Under the pieces are notes generated by a model. The model was not told the DNA's origin and ran no database searches. It saw only the letters and a program-made list of their open reading frames with translations. This document shows, piece after piece, positions 34,841-54,195 of a DNA stretch of 64,000 bases. Every line of letters begins with the position of its first letter. Positions within the stretch are counted from its first letter, which is position 1. This DNA is from the human T2T-CHM13v2.0 reference genome, Homo sapiens. The stretch is from the NCBI RefSeq assembly GCF_009914755.1, contig NC_060948.1; one strand, given 5' to 3'. Both the position numbers and the translations under genes were made by a program.

Positions 34841-36945
34841 AGATCCATATTTTTTAAATGAAAAAAAATTTCAAAGGTACTCTGCTTGGTACAATAATCA
34901 AATGTATAAACTGAGGAATAAAACATAACCATGAAACCTACTTATAACTGCATATGGAAAATACAGAGGATAATTTTTTAAATAACATATTTTGAAAGCC
35001 TTAAGTAGTAATTTGAAGAGCTGGCATTTGAAAGGCCAGTATGAATATACCTTCAAAGCAGCAACACAGGTTCCCCATGAGAAAAAGCAAACACAGGGAA
35101 AATAAAAACACAAAGGTTCAATCTCTTCTGACCTTTGAAAGACACAGCACAGACAGTGGTCCTTAGGACGAAGAGCAGGAGACCCCTAATTCCGTCACCA
35201 TGGCGATAGGGCATAAACATTGCTGGGTGAGGGCACAATCCACATTGTGAGGTCCAACTGCTGCCAGGAAGACAGGAGTGCTTTTACATAGACCGAAAGG
35301 TCATTGAAGGCTCAGAGTTTTGTTTCAAGAACTGAATCCCAAGCCCACACGTTATTAGGCTGCGCTTCTTAAAACAAGGTATGAGATGGGAAAAAGGGCA
35401 CCCACAAACATACGTATACATTATGTATATAATAATATACAGTATCATATATATAACATATATAACCTATGTATAATATTGTTTTACATCCTGCATCTTA
35501 TGTTATATATATTGTATAAAATATAATAATTGATAATATATAAGTTTTATAATTATACAATATGACATATAGTATATATTATAATTTATGACATATATAA
35601 TATATGTTATATGTCATATATAGAATATATTATACGGTTAATATACGTATTAAATATAAATTATACATTATATATATTATATATAATATATCTGTTATAT
35701 ATAATACCCATTATGCATAATATATATATTATGTCTATGTTATATATAGTATAAAACAACATATAATAATATATAATTGTATATATAAAATGCGACATAT
35801 AATATATATTATATTTTATAACATATGTAATATATATTATATATTATATATAATACGTTGTATGTATAATACCTATATTAAATATATATTATATGACTAT
35901 GTTATTAATTACATGTCACATGTGTTATATATTATATATTTTACATAGAATATACCGGTTACATACAATATATACTATGTTACCTATAATGTATAATTTA
36001 TTACATGTAAAATAAAGAATGCAATATATTATGTATAATTTATAATATACCATATGTGGAATGTGATATATATAACATATAATATATGATATATGATATA
36101 CAGTATATGATATATAACATACAATATATGATTCCTAATATATATGGTATACAATATATATTTCATGATTTGTATTCTATATGTTTTATATTCTGTTATA
36201 TATAACTATTTGAAATTATATATAACTGTATAATATTTTATGTAAATATGTAATATAATATATATAACTATATAATATATTATATATAACTATATATTAT
36301 GTTATATATACTTTTATAACATAATTTACATAAAATATCATAATATAATATATATTATATTATTTCATATTACATAATATATATTACATATCACCCAATA
36401 TAACTAACATACATAATATTATAATATAGATTATATTATGTTATATTAAATATCATATATATCATGTATCATATATTCTATAATATATATTACACATTAT
36501 ATAATATGTATGTTGTCTATTATGTGATATATACAACTACATATATAATTATATTTTTATACATATAACTAGATAAACATGTAATTCTACATATTTTCAT
36601 TTATAATATGTAGAATTATATAATCATATATAATTATTTATATTCTATAAAAAATTTTATCATTATATAAATTATAATATATAAAAATTATAATATGTAC
36701 TACAAATATATATATTATATATCATATATGCTATAGTACCTTTGTTATATATCATAATACATATAAATGTGTATTATGTTATCTATAATTATATAATTTC
36801 ATATATAAGTTGTATAATATGTATCATATATTATATATGTTATGTAATATATATAGTATATATAAGATGACACAGGATAAATATTGTATACTATGACATA
36901 TAAAATATATGAGGTTATATGTTACATATAAGGCATAGCACATAA

Positions 36946-37260
<315 letters not shown>

Positions 37261-39363
37261 AGATCCATATTTTTTAAATGAAAAAAAATTTCAAAGGTAC
37301 TCTGCTTGGTACAATAATCAAATGTATAAACTGAGGAATAAAACATAACCATGAAACCTACTTATAACTGCATATGGAAAATACAGAGGATAATTTTTTA
37401 AATAACATATTTTGAAAGCCTTAACTAGTAATTTGAAGAGCTGGCATTTGAAAGGCCAGTATGAATATACCTTCAAAGCAGCAACACAGGTTCCCCATGA
37501 GAAAAAGCAAACACAGGGAAAATAAAAACACAAAGGTTCAATCTCTTCTGACCTTTGAAAGACACAGCACAGACAGTGGTCCTTAGGACGAAGAGCAGGA
37601 GACCCCTAATTCCGTCACCATGGCGATAGGGCATAAACATTGCTGGGTGAGGGCACAATCCACATTGTGAGGTCCAACTGCTGCCAGGAAGACAGGAGTG
37701 CTTTTACATAGACCGAAAGGTCATTGAAGGCTCAGAGTTTTGTTTCAAGAACTGAATCCCAAGCCCACACGTTATTAGGCTGCGCTTCTTAAAACAAGTT
37801 AGGAGATGGGAAAAAGGGCACCCACAAACATACGTATACATTATGTATATAATAATATACAGTATCATATATATAATATATATAACCTATGTATAATATT
37901 GTTTTACACCCCGCATCTTATGTTATATATAGTATAAAATATAATAATTGAAAATATATAAGATTTATAATTATACAATATGACATATAGTATATATTAT
38001 AATTTATGACATATATAATATATGTTATATGTCATATATAGAATATATTATACAGTTAATATACGTATTAAATATAAATTATACATTATATATATTATAT
38101 ATAATATATCTGTTATATATAATACCCATTATGCATAATATATATATTATGTCTATGTTATATATAGTATAAAACAACATATAATAATATATAATTGTAT
38201 ATATAAAATGCGACATATAATATATATTATATTTTATAATATATGTAATATATATTATATATTATATATAATACGTTGTATGTATAATACCTATATTAAA
38301 TATATATTATATGACTATGTTATTAATTACATGTCACAAGTGTTATATATTATATATTTTACATAGAATATACCGGTTACATACAATATATACTATGTTA
38401 CCTATAATGTATAATTTATTACATGTAAAATAAAGAATGCAATATATTATGTATAATTTATAATATACCATATGTGGAATGTGATATATATAACATATAA
38501 TACATGATATATGATATAAAGTATATGATATATAACATACAATATATGATTCCTAATATATATGGTATACAATATATATTTTATGATATGTATTCTATAT
38601 GTTTTATATTCTGTTATATATAACTATTTGAAATTATATATAACTGTATAATATTTTATGTAAATATGTAATATAATATATATAACTATATAATATATTA
38701 TATATAACTATATATTATGTTATATATACTTTTATAACATAATTTACATAAAATATCATAATATAATATATATTATATTATTTCATATTACATAATATAT
38801 ATTACATATCACCCAATATAACTAACATACATAATATTGTAATATAGATTATATTATGTTATATTAAATATCATATATATCATGTATCATATATTCTATA
38901 ATATATATTACACATTATATAATATGTATGTTGTCTATTATGTGATATATATAACTATATATATAATTATATTTTTATACATATAACTAGATAAACATGT
39001 AATTCTACATATTTTCATTTATAATATGTAGAATTATGTAATCATATATAATTATTTATATTCTATAAAAAATTTTATCATTCTATAAATTATAATATAT
39101 AAAAATTATAATATGTACTACAAATATATATATTATATATCATATATGATATAGTACCTTTGTTATATATCATAATACATATAAATGTGTATTATGTTAT
39201 CTATAATTATATAATTTCATATATAAGATGTATAATATGTATCATATATTATATATGTTATGTAATATATATAGTATATATAAGATGACACAGGATAAAT
39301 ATTATATACTATGACATATAAAATATATCAGGTTATATGTTACATATAAGGCATAGCACATAA

Positions 39364-39678
<315 letters not shown>

Positions 39679-41784
39679 AGATCCATATTTTGTAAATGAA
39701 AAAAAATTTCAAAGGTACTCTGCTTGGTACAATAATCAAATGTATAAACTGAGGAATAAAACATAACCATGAAACCTACTTATAACTGCATATGGAAAAT
39801 ACAGAGGATAATTTTTTAAATAACATATTTTGAAAGCCTTAACTAGTAATTTGAAGAGCTGGCATTTGAAAGGCCAGTATGAATATACCTTCAAAGCAGC
39901 ATCACAGGTTCCCCAATGAGAAAAAGCAAACACAGGGAAAATAAAAACACAAAGGTTCAATCTCTTCTGACCTTTGAAAGACACAGCACAGACAGTGGTC
40001 CTTAGGACGAAGAGCAGGAGACCCCTAATTCCGTCACCATGGCGATAGGGCATAAACATTGCTGGGTGAGGGCACAATCCACATTGTGAGGTCCAACTGC
40101 TGCCAGGAAGACAGGAGTGCTTTTACATAGACCGAAAGGTCATTGAAGGCTCAGAGTTTTGTTTCAAGAACTGAATCCCAAGCCCACACGTTATTAGGCT
40201 GCGCTTCTTAAAACAAGTTATGAGATGGGAAAAAGGGCACCCACAAACATACGTATACATTATGTATATAATAATATACAGTGTCATATATATAATATAT
40301 ATAACCTATGTATAATATTGTTTTACATCCTGCATCTTATGTTATATATATTGTATAAAATATAATAATTGATAATATATAAGTTTTATAATTATACAAT
40401 ATGACATATAGTATATATTATAATTTATGACATATATAATATATGTTATATGTCATATATAGAATATATTATACGGTTAATATACGTATTAAATATAAAT
40501 TATACATTATATATATTATATATAATATATCTGTTATATATAATACCCATTATGCATAATATATATATTATGTCTATGTTATATATAGTATAAAACAACA
40601 TATAATAATATATAATTGTATATATAAAATGCGACATAGAATATATATTATATTTTATAACATATGTAATATATATTATATATTATATATAATACGTTGT
40701 ATGTATAATACCTATATTAAATATATATTATATGACTATGTTATTAATTACATGTCACATGTGTTATATATTATATATTTTACATAGAATATACCGGTTA
40801 CATACAATATATACTATGTTACCGATAATGTATAATTTATTACATGTAAAATAAAGAATGCAATATATTATGTATAATTTATAATATACCATATGTGGAA
40901 TGTGATACATATAACATATAATATATGATATATGATATACAGTATATGATATATAACATAAAATATATGATTCCTAATATATATGGTATACAATATATAT
41001 TTTATGATATGTATTCTATATGTTTTATATTCTGTTATATATAACTATTTGAAATTATATATAACTGTATAATATTTTATGTAAATATGTAATATAATAT
41101 ATATAACTATATAATATATTTTATATAACTATATATTATGTTATATATACTTTTATAACATAATTTACATAAAATATCATAATATAATATATTTTATATT
41201 ATTTCATATTACATAATATATATTACATATCACCCAATATAACTAACATACATAATATTATAATATAGATTATATTATGTTATATTAAATATCATATATA
41301 TCATGTATCATATATTCTATAATATATATTACACATTATATAATATGTATGTTGTCTATTATGTGATATATATAACTCTATATATAATTATATTTTTATA
41401 CATATAACTAGATAAACATGTAATTCTACATATTTTCATTTATAATATGTAGAATTATATAATCATATATAATTATTTATATTCTATAAAAAATTTTATC
41501 ATTATATAAATTATAATATATAAAAATTATAATATGTACTACAAATATATATATTATATATCATATATGATATAGTACCTTTGTTATATATCATAATACA
41601 TATAAATGTGTATTATGTTATCTATAATTATATAATTTCATATATAAGATGTATAATATGTATCATATATTATATATGTTATGTAATATATATAGTATAT
41701 ATAAGATGACACAGGATAAATATTATATACTATGACATATAAAATATATGAGGTTATATGTTACATATAAGGCATAGCACATAA

Positions 41785-42099
<315 letters not shown>

Positions 42100-44202
42100 A
42101 GATCCATATTTTTTAAATGAAAAAAAATTTCAAAGGTACTCTGCTTGGTACAATAATCAAATGTATAAACTGAGGAATAAAACATAACCATGAAACCTAC
42201 TTATAACTGCATATGGAAAATACAGAGGATAATTTTTTAAATAACATATTTTGAAAGCCTTAACTAGTAATTTGAAGAGCTGGCATTTGAAAGGCCAGTA
42301 TGAATATACCTTCAAAGCAGCAACACAGGTTCCCCATGAGAAAAAGCAAACACAGGGAAAATAAAAACACAAAGGTTCAATCTCTTCTGACCTTTGAAAG
42401 ACACAGCACAGACAGTGGTCCTTAGGACGAAGAGCAGGAGACCCCTAATTCCGTCACCATGGCGATAGGGCATAAACATTGCTGGGTGAGGGCACAATCC
42501 ACATTGTGAGGTCCAACTGCTGCCAGGAAGACAGGAGTGCTTTTACATAGACCGAAAGGTCATTGAAGGCTCAGAGTTTTGTTTCAAGAACTGAATCCCA
42601 AGCCCACACGTTATTACGCTGCGCTTCTTAAAACAAGTTATGAGATGGGAAAAAGGGCACCCACAAACATACGTATACATCATGCATATAATAATATACA
42701 GTATCATATATATAATATATATAACCTATGTATAATATTGTTTTACATCCTGCATCTTATGTTATATATATTGTATAAAATATAATAATTGATAATATAT
42801 AAGTTTTATAATTATACAATATGACATATAGTATATATTATAATTTATGACATATATAATATATGTTATATGTCATATATAGAATATATTATACGGTTAA
42901 TATACGTATTAAATATAAATTATACATTATATATATTATATATAATATATCTGTTATATATAATAACCATTATGCATAATATATATATTATGTCTATGTT
43001 ATATATAGTATAAAACAACATATAATAATATATAATTGTATATATAAAATGCGACATATAATATATATTATATTTTATAACATATGTAATATATATTATA
43101 TATTATATATAATACGTTGTATGTATAATACCTATATTAAATATATATTATATGACTATGTTATTAATTACATGTCACATGTGTTATATATTATATATTT
43201 TACATAGAATATACCGGTTACATACAATATATACTATGTTACCTATAATGTATAATTTATTACATGTAAAATAAAGAATGCAATATATTATGTAAAATTT
43301 ATAATATACCATGTGTGGAATGTGATATATATAACATATAATATATGATATATGATATACAGTGTATGATATATAACATACAATATATGATTCCTAATAT
43401 ATATGGTATACAATATATATTTTATGATATGTATTCTATATGTTTTATATTCTGTTATATATAACTATTTGAAATTATATATAACTGTATATTATTTTAT
43501 GTAAATATGTAATATAATATATATAACTATATAATATATTTTATATAACTATATATTATGTTATATATACTTTTATAACATAATTAACATAAAATATCAT
43601 AATATAACATATATTATATTATTTCATATTACATAATATATATTACATATCACCCAATATAACTAACATACATAATATTATAATATAGATTATATTATGT
43701 TATATTAAATATCATATATATCATGTATCATATATTCTATAATATATATTACACATTATATAATATGTATGTTGTCTAATATGTGATATATATAACTCTA
43801 TATATAATTATATTTTTATACATATAACTAGATAAACATGTAATTCTACATATTTTCATTTATAATATGTAGAATTATATAATCATATATAATTATTTAT
43901 ATTCTATAAAAAATTTTATCATTATATAAATTATAATATATAAATTATAATATGTACTACAAATATATATATTATATATCATATATGATATAGTACCTTT
44001 GTTATATATCATAATACATATAAATGTGTATTATGATATCTATAATTATATAATTTCATATATAAGATGTATAATATGTATCATATATTATATATGTTAT
44101 GTAATATATATAGTATATATAAGATGACACAGGATAAATATTATATACTATGACATATAAAATATATGAGGTTATATGTTACATATAAGGCATAGCACAT
44201 AA

Positions 44203-44517
<315 letters not shown>

Positions 44518-46622
44518 AGATCCATATTTTTTAAATGAAAAAAAATTTCAAAGGTACTCTGCTTGGTACAATAATCAAATGTATAAACTGAGGAATAAAA
44601 CATAACCATGAAACCTACTTATAACTGCATATGGAAAATACAGAGGATAATTTTTTAAATAACATATTTTGAAAGCCTTAACTAGTAATTTGAAGAGTTG
44701 GCATTTGAAAGGCCAGTATGAATATACCTTCAAAGCAGCAACACAGGTTCCCCATGAGAAAAAGCAAACACAGGGAAAATAAAAACACAAAGGTTCAATC
44801 TCTTCTGACCTTTGAAAGACACAGCACAGACAGTGGTCCTTAGGACGAAGAGCAGGAGACCCCTAATTCCGTCACCATGGCGATAGGGCATAAACATTGC
44901 TGGGTGAGGGCACAATCCACATTGTGAGGTCCAACTGCTGCCAGGAAGACAGGAGTGCTTTTACATAGACCGAAAGGTCATTGAAGGCTCAGAGTTTTGT
45001 TTCAAGAACTGAATCCCAAGCCCACACGTTATTAGGCTGTGCTTCTTAAAACAAGTTATGAGATGGGAAAAAGGGCACCCACAAACATACGTATACATTA
45101 TGTATATAATAATATACAGTGTCATATATATAATATATGTAACCTATGTATAATATTGTTTTACATCCTGCATCTTATGTTATATATATTGTATAAAATA
45201 TAATAATTGATAATATATAAGTTTTATAATTATACAATATGACATATAGTATATATTATAATTTATGACATATATAATATATGTTATATGTCATATATAG
45301 AATATATTATACGGTAAATATACGTATTAAATATAAATTATACATTATATATATTATATATAATATATCTGTTATATATAATAACCATTACGCATAATAT
45401 ATATATTATGTCTATGTTATATATAGTATAAAACAACATATAATAATATATAATTGTATATATAAAATGCGACATATAATATATATTATATTTTATAACA
45501 TATGTAATATATATTTTATATTATATATAATACGTTGTATGTATAATACCTATATTAAATATATATTATATGACTATGTTATTAATTACATGTCACATGT
45601 GTTATATATTATATATTTTACATAGAATATACCGGTTGCATACAATATATACTATGTTACCTATAATGTATAATTTATTACATGTAAAATAAAGAATGCA
45701 ATATATTATGTATAATTTATAATATACCATATGTGGAATGTGATATATATAACATATAATATATGATATATGATATACAGTATATGATATATAACATACG
45801 ATATATGATTCCTAATATATATGGTATACAATACATATTTTATGATATGTATTCTATGTGTTTTATATTCTGTTATATATAACTATTTGAAAGTATATAT
45901 AACTGTATAATATTTTATGTAAATATGTAATATAATATATATAACTATATAATATATTATATATAACTATATATTATGTTATATATACTTTTATAACATA
46001 ATTTACATAAAATATCATAATATAATATATATTATATTATTTCATATTACATAATATATATTACATATCACCCAATATAACTAACATACATAATATTATA
46101 ATATAGATTATATTGTGTTATATTAAATATCATATATATCATGTATCATATATTCTATAATATATATTACACATTATATAATATGTATGTTGTCTATTAT
46201 GTGATATATATAACTATATATATAATTATATTTTTATACATATAACTAGATAAACATGTAATTCTACATATTTTCATTTATAATATGTAGAATTATATAA
46301 TCATATATAATTATTTATATTCTATAAAAAATTTTATCATTATATAAATTATAATATATAAAAATTATAATATGTACTACAAATATATATATTATATATC
46401 ATATATGATATAGTACCTTTGTTATATATCATAATACATATAAATGTGTATTATGTTATCTATAATTATATAATTTCATATATAAGATGTATAATATGTA
46501 TCATATATTATATATGTTATGTACTATATATAGTATATATAAGATGACACAGGATAAATATTATATACTATGACATATAAAATATATGAGGTTATATGTT
46601 ACATATAAGGCATAGCACATAA

Positions 46623-46937
<315 letters not shown>

Positions 46938-49065
46938 AGATCCATATTTTTTAAATGAAAAAAAATTTCAAAGGTACTCTGCTTGGTACAATAATCAAAT
47001 GTATAAACTGAGGAATAAAACATAACCATGAAACCTACTTATAACTGCATATGGAAAATACAGAGGATAATTTTTTAAATAACATATTTTGAAAGCCTTA
47101 ACTAGTAATTTGAAGAGTTGGCATTTGAAAGGCCAGTATGAATATACCTTCAAAGCAGCAACACAGGTTCCCCATGAGAAAAAGCAAACACAGGGAAAAT
47201 AAAAACACAAAGGTTCAATCTCTTCTGACCTTTGAAAGACACAGCACAGACAGTGGTCCTTAGGACGAAGAGCAGGAGACCCCTAATTCCGTCACCATGG
47301 CGATAGGGCATAAACATTGCTGGGTGAGGGCACAATCCACATTGTGAGGTCCAACTGCTGCCAGGAAGACAGGAGTGCTTTTACATAGACCGAAAGGTCA
47401 TTGAAGGCTCAGAGTTTTCTTTCAAGAACTGAATCCCAAGCCCACACGTTATTAGGCTGCGCTTCTTAAAACAAGTTATGAGATGGGAAAAAGGGCACCC
47501 ACAAACATACGTATACATTATGTATATAATAATATACAGTGTCATATATATAATATATGTAACCTATGTATAATATTGTTTTACATCCTGCATCTTATGT
47601 TATATATATTGTATAAAATATAATAATTGATAATATATAAGTTTTATAATTATACAATATGACATATAGTATATATTATAATTTATGACATATATAATAT
47701 ATGTTATATGTCATATATAGAATATATTATACGGTTAATATACGTATTAAATATGAATTATACATTATATATATTATATATAATATATCTGTTATATATA
47801 ATAACCATTACGCATAATATATATATTATGTCTATGTTATATATAGTATAAAACAACATATAATAATATATAATTGTATATATAAAATGCGACATATAAT
47901 ATATATTATATTTTATAACATATGTAATATATATTTTATATTATATATAATACGTTGTATGTATAATACCTATATTAAATATATATTATATGACTATGTT
48001 ATTAATTACATGTCACATGTGTTATATATTATATATTTTACATAGAATATACCGGTTACATACAATATATACTATGTTACCTATAATGTATAATTTATTA
48101 CATGTAAAATAAAGAATGCAATATATTATGTAAAATTTATAATATACCATATGTGGAATGTGATATATATAACATATAATATATGATATATGATATACAG
48201 TGTATGATATATAACATACAATATATGATTCCTAATATATATGGTATACAATATATATTTTATGATATGTATTCTATATGTTTTATATTCTGTTATATAT
48301 AACTATTTGAAATTATATATAACTGTATAATATTTTATGTAAATATGTAATATAATATATATAACTATATAATATATTTTATATAACTATATATTATGTT
48401 ATATATACTTTTATAACATAATTTACATAAAATATCATAATATAATATATATTATATTATTTCATATTACATAATATATATTACATATCACCCAATATAA
48501 CTAACATACATAATATTATAATATAGATTATATTATGTTATATTAAATATCATATATATCATGTATCATATATTCTATAATATATATTACACATTATATA
48601 ATATGTATGTTGTCTATTATGTGATATATATAACAATATATATAATTATATTTTTATACATATAACTAGATAAACATGTAATTCTACATATTTTCATTTA
48701 TAATATGTAGAATTATATAATCATATATAATTATTTATATTCTATGAAAAATTTTATCATTATATAAATTATAATATATAAAAATTATAATATGTATTAC
48801 AAATATATATATTATACATCATATATGATATAGTTCCTTTGTTATATATCATAATACATATAAATGTGTATTATGTTATCTATAATTATATATTTTCATA
48901 TATAAGATGTATAATATGTATCATATATTATATATGTTATGTAATATATATAGTATATATAAGATGACACAGGATAAATATTATATACTATGACATATAA
49001 AATATATCAGGTTATATGTTACATATAAGGCATAGCACATAACATGTAATATATATCATATATAA

Positions 49066-49357
49066 TTTTTTTTTAGACAGAATCTTGTCCTGTTGCACAG
49101 GGTGGGGTACAATGGCGCCATCTTTGCTCACTGCAAATTCTGCCTCACGGGTCCAAGCGATTGTCCTCCCTCAGCCTCCCAGGTAGCTGGGACTACACCA
49201 CACTGGGACTACACCAGCTGCCACCATGCCTAGCTAATTTTTTGGATTTTTAGTAGTGACAGCGTTTCACTGTATTGGCCAGGATGGTCTTGATCTCTTC
49301 ACCTTGTGATCCCCTTGCCTTGGCCTCCAAATTTGCTGGGATTACAGGCCTGAGCCA
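49066..49357 (-). mobile_element. Alu, U21
   Basis: Same antisense Alu. Confidence 0.95.
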
Positions 49358-51460
49358 AGATCCATATTTTTTAAATGAAAAAAAATTTCAAAGTTACTCT
49401 GCTTGCTACAGTAATCAAATGTATAAACTGAGGAATAAAACATAACCATGAAACCTACTTATAACTGCATATGGAAAATACAGAGGATAATTTTTTAAAT
49501 AACATATTTTGAAAGCCTTAACTAGTAATTTGAAGAGTTGGCATTTGAAAGGCCAGTATGAATATACCTTCAAAGCAGCAACACAGGTTCCCCATGAGAA
49601 AAAGCAAACACAGGGAAAATAAAAACACAAAGGTTCAATCTCTTCTGACCTTTGAAAGACACAGCACAGACAGTGGTCCTTAGGACGAAGAGCAGGAGAC
49701 CCCTAATTCCGTCACCATGGCGATAGGGCATAAACATTGCTGGGTGAGGGCACAATCCACATTGTGAGGTCCAACTGCTGCCAGGAAGACAGGAGTGCTT
49801 TTACACAGACCGAAAGGTCATTGAAGGCTCAGAGTTTTGTTTCAAGAACTGAATCTCAAGCCCACACGTTATTAGGCTGCGCTTCTTAAAACAAGTTATG
49901 AGATGGGAAAAAGGGCACCCACAAACATACGTATACATTATGTATATAATAATATACAGTATCATATATATAATATATATAACCTATGTATAATATTGTT
50001 TTACATCCTGCATCTTATGTTATATATAGTATAAAATATAATAATTGATAATATATAAGTTTTATAATTATACAATATGACATATAGTATATATTATAAT
50101 TTATGACATATATAATATATGTTATATGTCATATATAGAATATATTATACGGTTAATATACGTATTAAATATAAATTATACATTATATATATTATATATA
50201 ATATATCTGTTATATATAATACCCATTATGCATAATATATATATTATGTCTATGTTATATATAGTATAAAACAACATATAATAATATATAATTGTATATA
50301 TAAAATGTGACATATAATATATATTATATTTTATAACATATGTAATATATATTATATATTATATATAATACGTTGTATGTATAATACCTATATTAAATAT
50401 ATATTATATGACTATGTTATTAATTACATGTCACATGTGTTATATATTATATATTTTACATAGAATATACCGGTTACATACAATATATACTATGTTACCT
50501 ATAATGTATAATTTATTACATGTAAAATAAAGAATGCAATATATTATGTAAAATTTATAATATACCATGTGTGGAATGTGATATATATAACATATAATAT
50601 ATGATATATGATATACAGTGTATGATATATAACATACAATATATGATTCCTAATATATATGGTATACAATATATATTTTATGATATGTATTCTATATGTT
50701 TTATATTCTGTTATATATAACTATTTGAAATTATATATAACTGTATATTATTTTATGTAAATATGTAATATAATATATATAACTATATAATATATTTTAT
50801 ATAACTATATATTATGTTATATATACTTTTATAACATAATTAACATAAAATATCATAATATAATATATATTATATTATTTCATATTACATAATATATATT
50901 ACATATAACCCAATATAACTAACATACATAATATTATAATATAGATTATATTATGTTATATTAAATATCATATATATCATGTATCATATATTCTATAATA
51001 TATATTACACATTATATAATATGTATGTTGTCTATTATGTGATATATATAACTCTATATATAATTATATTTTTATACATATAACTAGATAAACATGTAAT
51101 TCTACATATTTTCATTTATAATATGTAGAATTATATAATCATATATAATTATTTATATTCTATAAAAAATTTTATCATTATATAAATTATAATATATAAA
51201 AATTATAATATGTACTACAAATATATATATTATATATCATATATGATATAGTACCTTTGTTATATATCATAATACATATAAATGTGTATTATGATATCTA
51301 TAATTATATAATTTCATATATAAGATGTATAATATGTATCATATATTATATATGTTATGTAATATATATAGTATATATAAGATGACACAGGATAAATATT
51401 ATATACTATGACATATAAAATATATGAGGTTATATGTTACATATAAGGCATAGCACATAA

Positions 51461-51775
<315 letters not shown>

Positions 51776-53880
51776 AGATCCATATTTTTTAAATGAAAAA
51801 AAATTTCAAAGGTACTCTGCTTGGTACAATAATCAAATGTATAAACTGAGGAATAAAACATAACCATGAAACCTACTTATAACTGCATATGGAAAATACA
51901 GAGGATAATTTTTTAAATAACATATTTTGAAAGCCTTAACTAGTAATTTGAAGAGTTGGCATTTGAAAGGCCAGTATGAATATACCTTCAAAGCAGCAAC
52001 ACAGGTTCCCCATGAGAAAAAGCAAACACAGGGAAAATAAAAACACAAAGGTTCAATCTCTTCTGACCTTTGAAAGACACAGCACAGACAGTGGTCCTTA
52101 GGACGAAGAGCAGGAGACCCCTAATTCCGTCACCATGGCGATAGGGCATAAACATTGCTGGGTGAGGGCACAATCCACATTGTGAGGTCCAACTGCTGCC
52201 AGGAAGACAGGAGTGCTTTTACATAGACCGAAAGGTCATTGAAGGCTCAGAGTTTTGTTTCAAGAACTGAATCCCAAGCCCACACGTTATTAGGCTGTGC
52301 TTCTTAAAACAAGTTATGAGATGGGAAAAAGGGCACCCACAAACATACGTATACATTATGTATATAATAATATACAGTGTCATATATATAATATATGTAA
52401 CCTATGTATAATATTGTTTTACATCCTGCATCTTATGTTATATATATTGTATAAAATATAATAATTGATAATATATAAGTTTTATAATTATACAATATGA
52501 CATATAGTATATATTATAATTTATGACATATATAATATATGTTATATGTCATATATAGAATATATTATACGGTAAATATACGTATTAAATATAAATTATA
52601 CATTATATATATTATATATAATATATCTGTTATATATAATAACCATTACGCATAATATATATATTATGTCTATGTTATATATAGTATAAAACAACATATA
52701 ATAATATATAATTGTATATATAAAATGCGACATATAATATATATTATATTTTATAACATATGTAATATATATTTTATATTATATATAATACGTTGTATGT
52801 ATAATACCTATATTAAATATATATTATATGACTATGTTATTAATTACATGTCACATGTGTTATATATTATATATTTTACATAGAATATACCGGTTGCATA
52901 CAATATATACTATGTTACCTATAATGTATAATTTATTACATGTAAAATAAAGAATGCAATATATTATGTATAATTTATAATATACCATATGTGGAATGTG
53001 ATATATATAACATATAATATATGATATATGATATACAGTATATGATATATAACATACGATATATGATTCCTAATATATATGGTATACAATACATATTTTA
53101 TGATATGTATTCTATGTGTTTTATATTCTGTTATATATAACTATTTGAAAGTATATATAACTGTATAATATTTTATGTAAATATGTAATATAATATATAT
53201 AACTATATAATATATTATATATAACTATATATTATGTTATATATACTTTTATAACATAATTTACATAAAATATCATAATATAATATATATTATATTATTT
53301 CATATTACATAATATATATTACATATCACCCAATATAACTAACATACATAATATTATAATATAGATTATATTGTGTTATATTAAATATCATATATATCAT
53401 GTATCATATATTCTATAATATATATTACACATTATATAATATGTATGTTGTCTATTATGTGATATATATAACTATATATATAATTATATTTTTATACATA
53501 TAACTAGATAAACATGTAATTCTACATATTTTCATTTATAATATGTAGAATTATATAATCATATATAATTATTTATATTCTATAAAAAATTTTATCATTA
53601 TATAAATTATAATATATAAAAATTATAATATGTACTACAAATATATATATTATATATCATATATGATATAGTACCTTTGTTATATATCATAATACATATA
53701 AATGTGTATTATGTTATCTATAATTATATAATTTCATATATAAGATGTATAATATGTATCATATATTATATATGTTATGTACTATATATAGTATATATAA
53801 GATGACACAGGATAAATATTATATACTATGACATATAAAATATATGAGGTTATATGTTACATATAAGGCATAGCACATAA

Positions 53881-54195
<315 letters not shown>

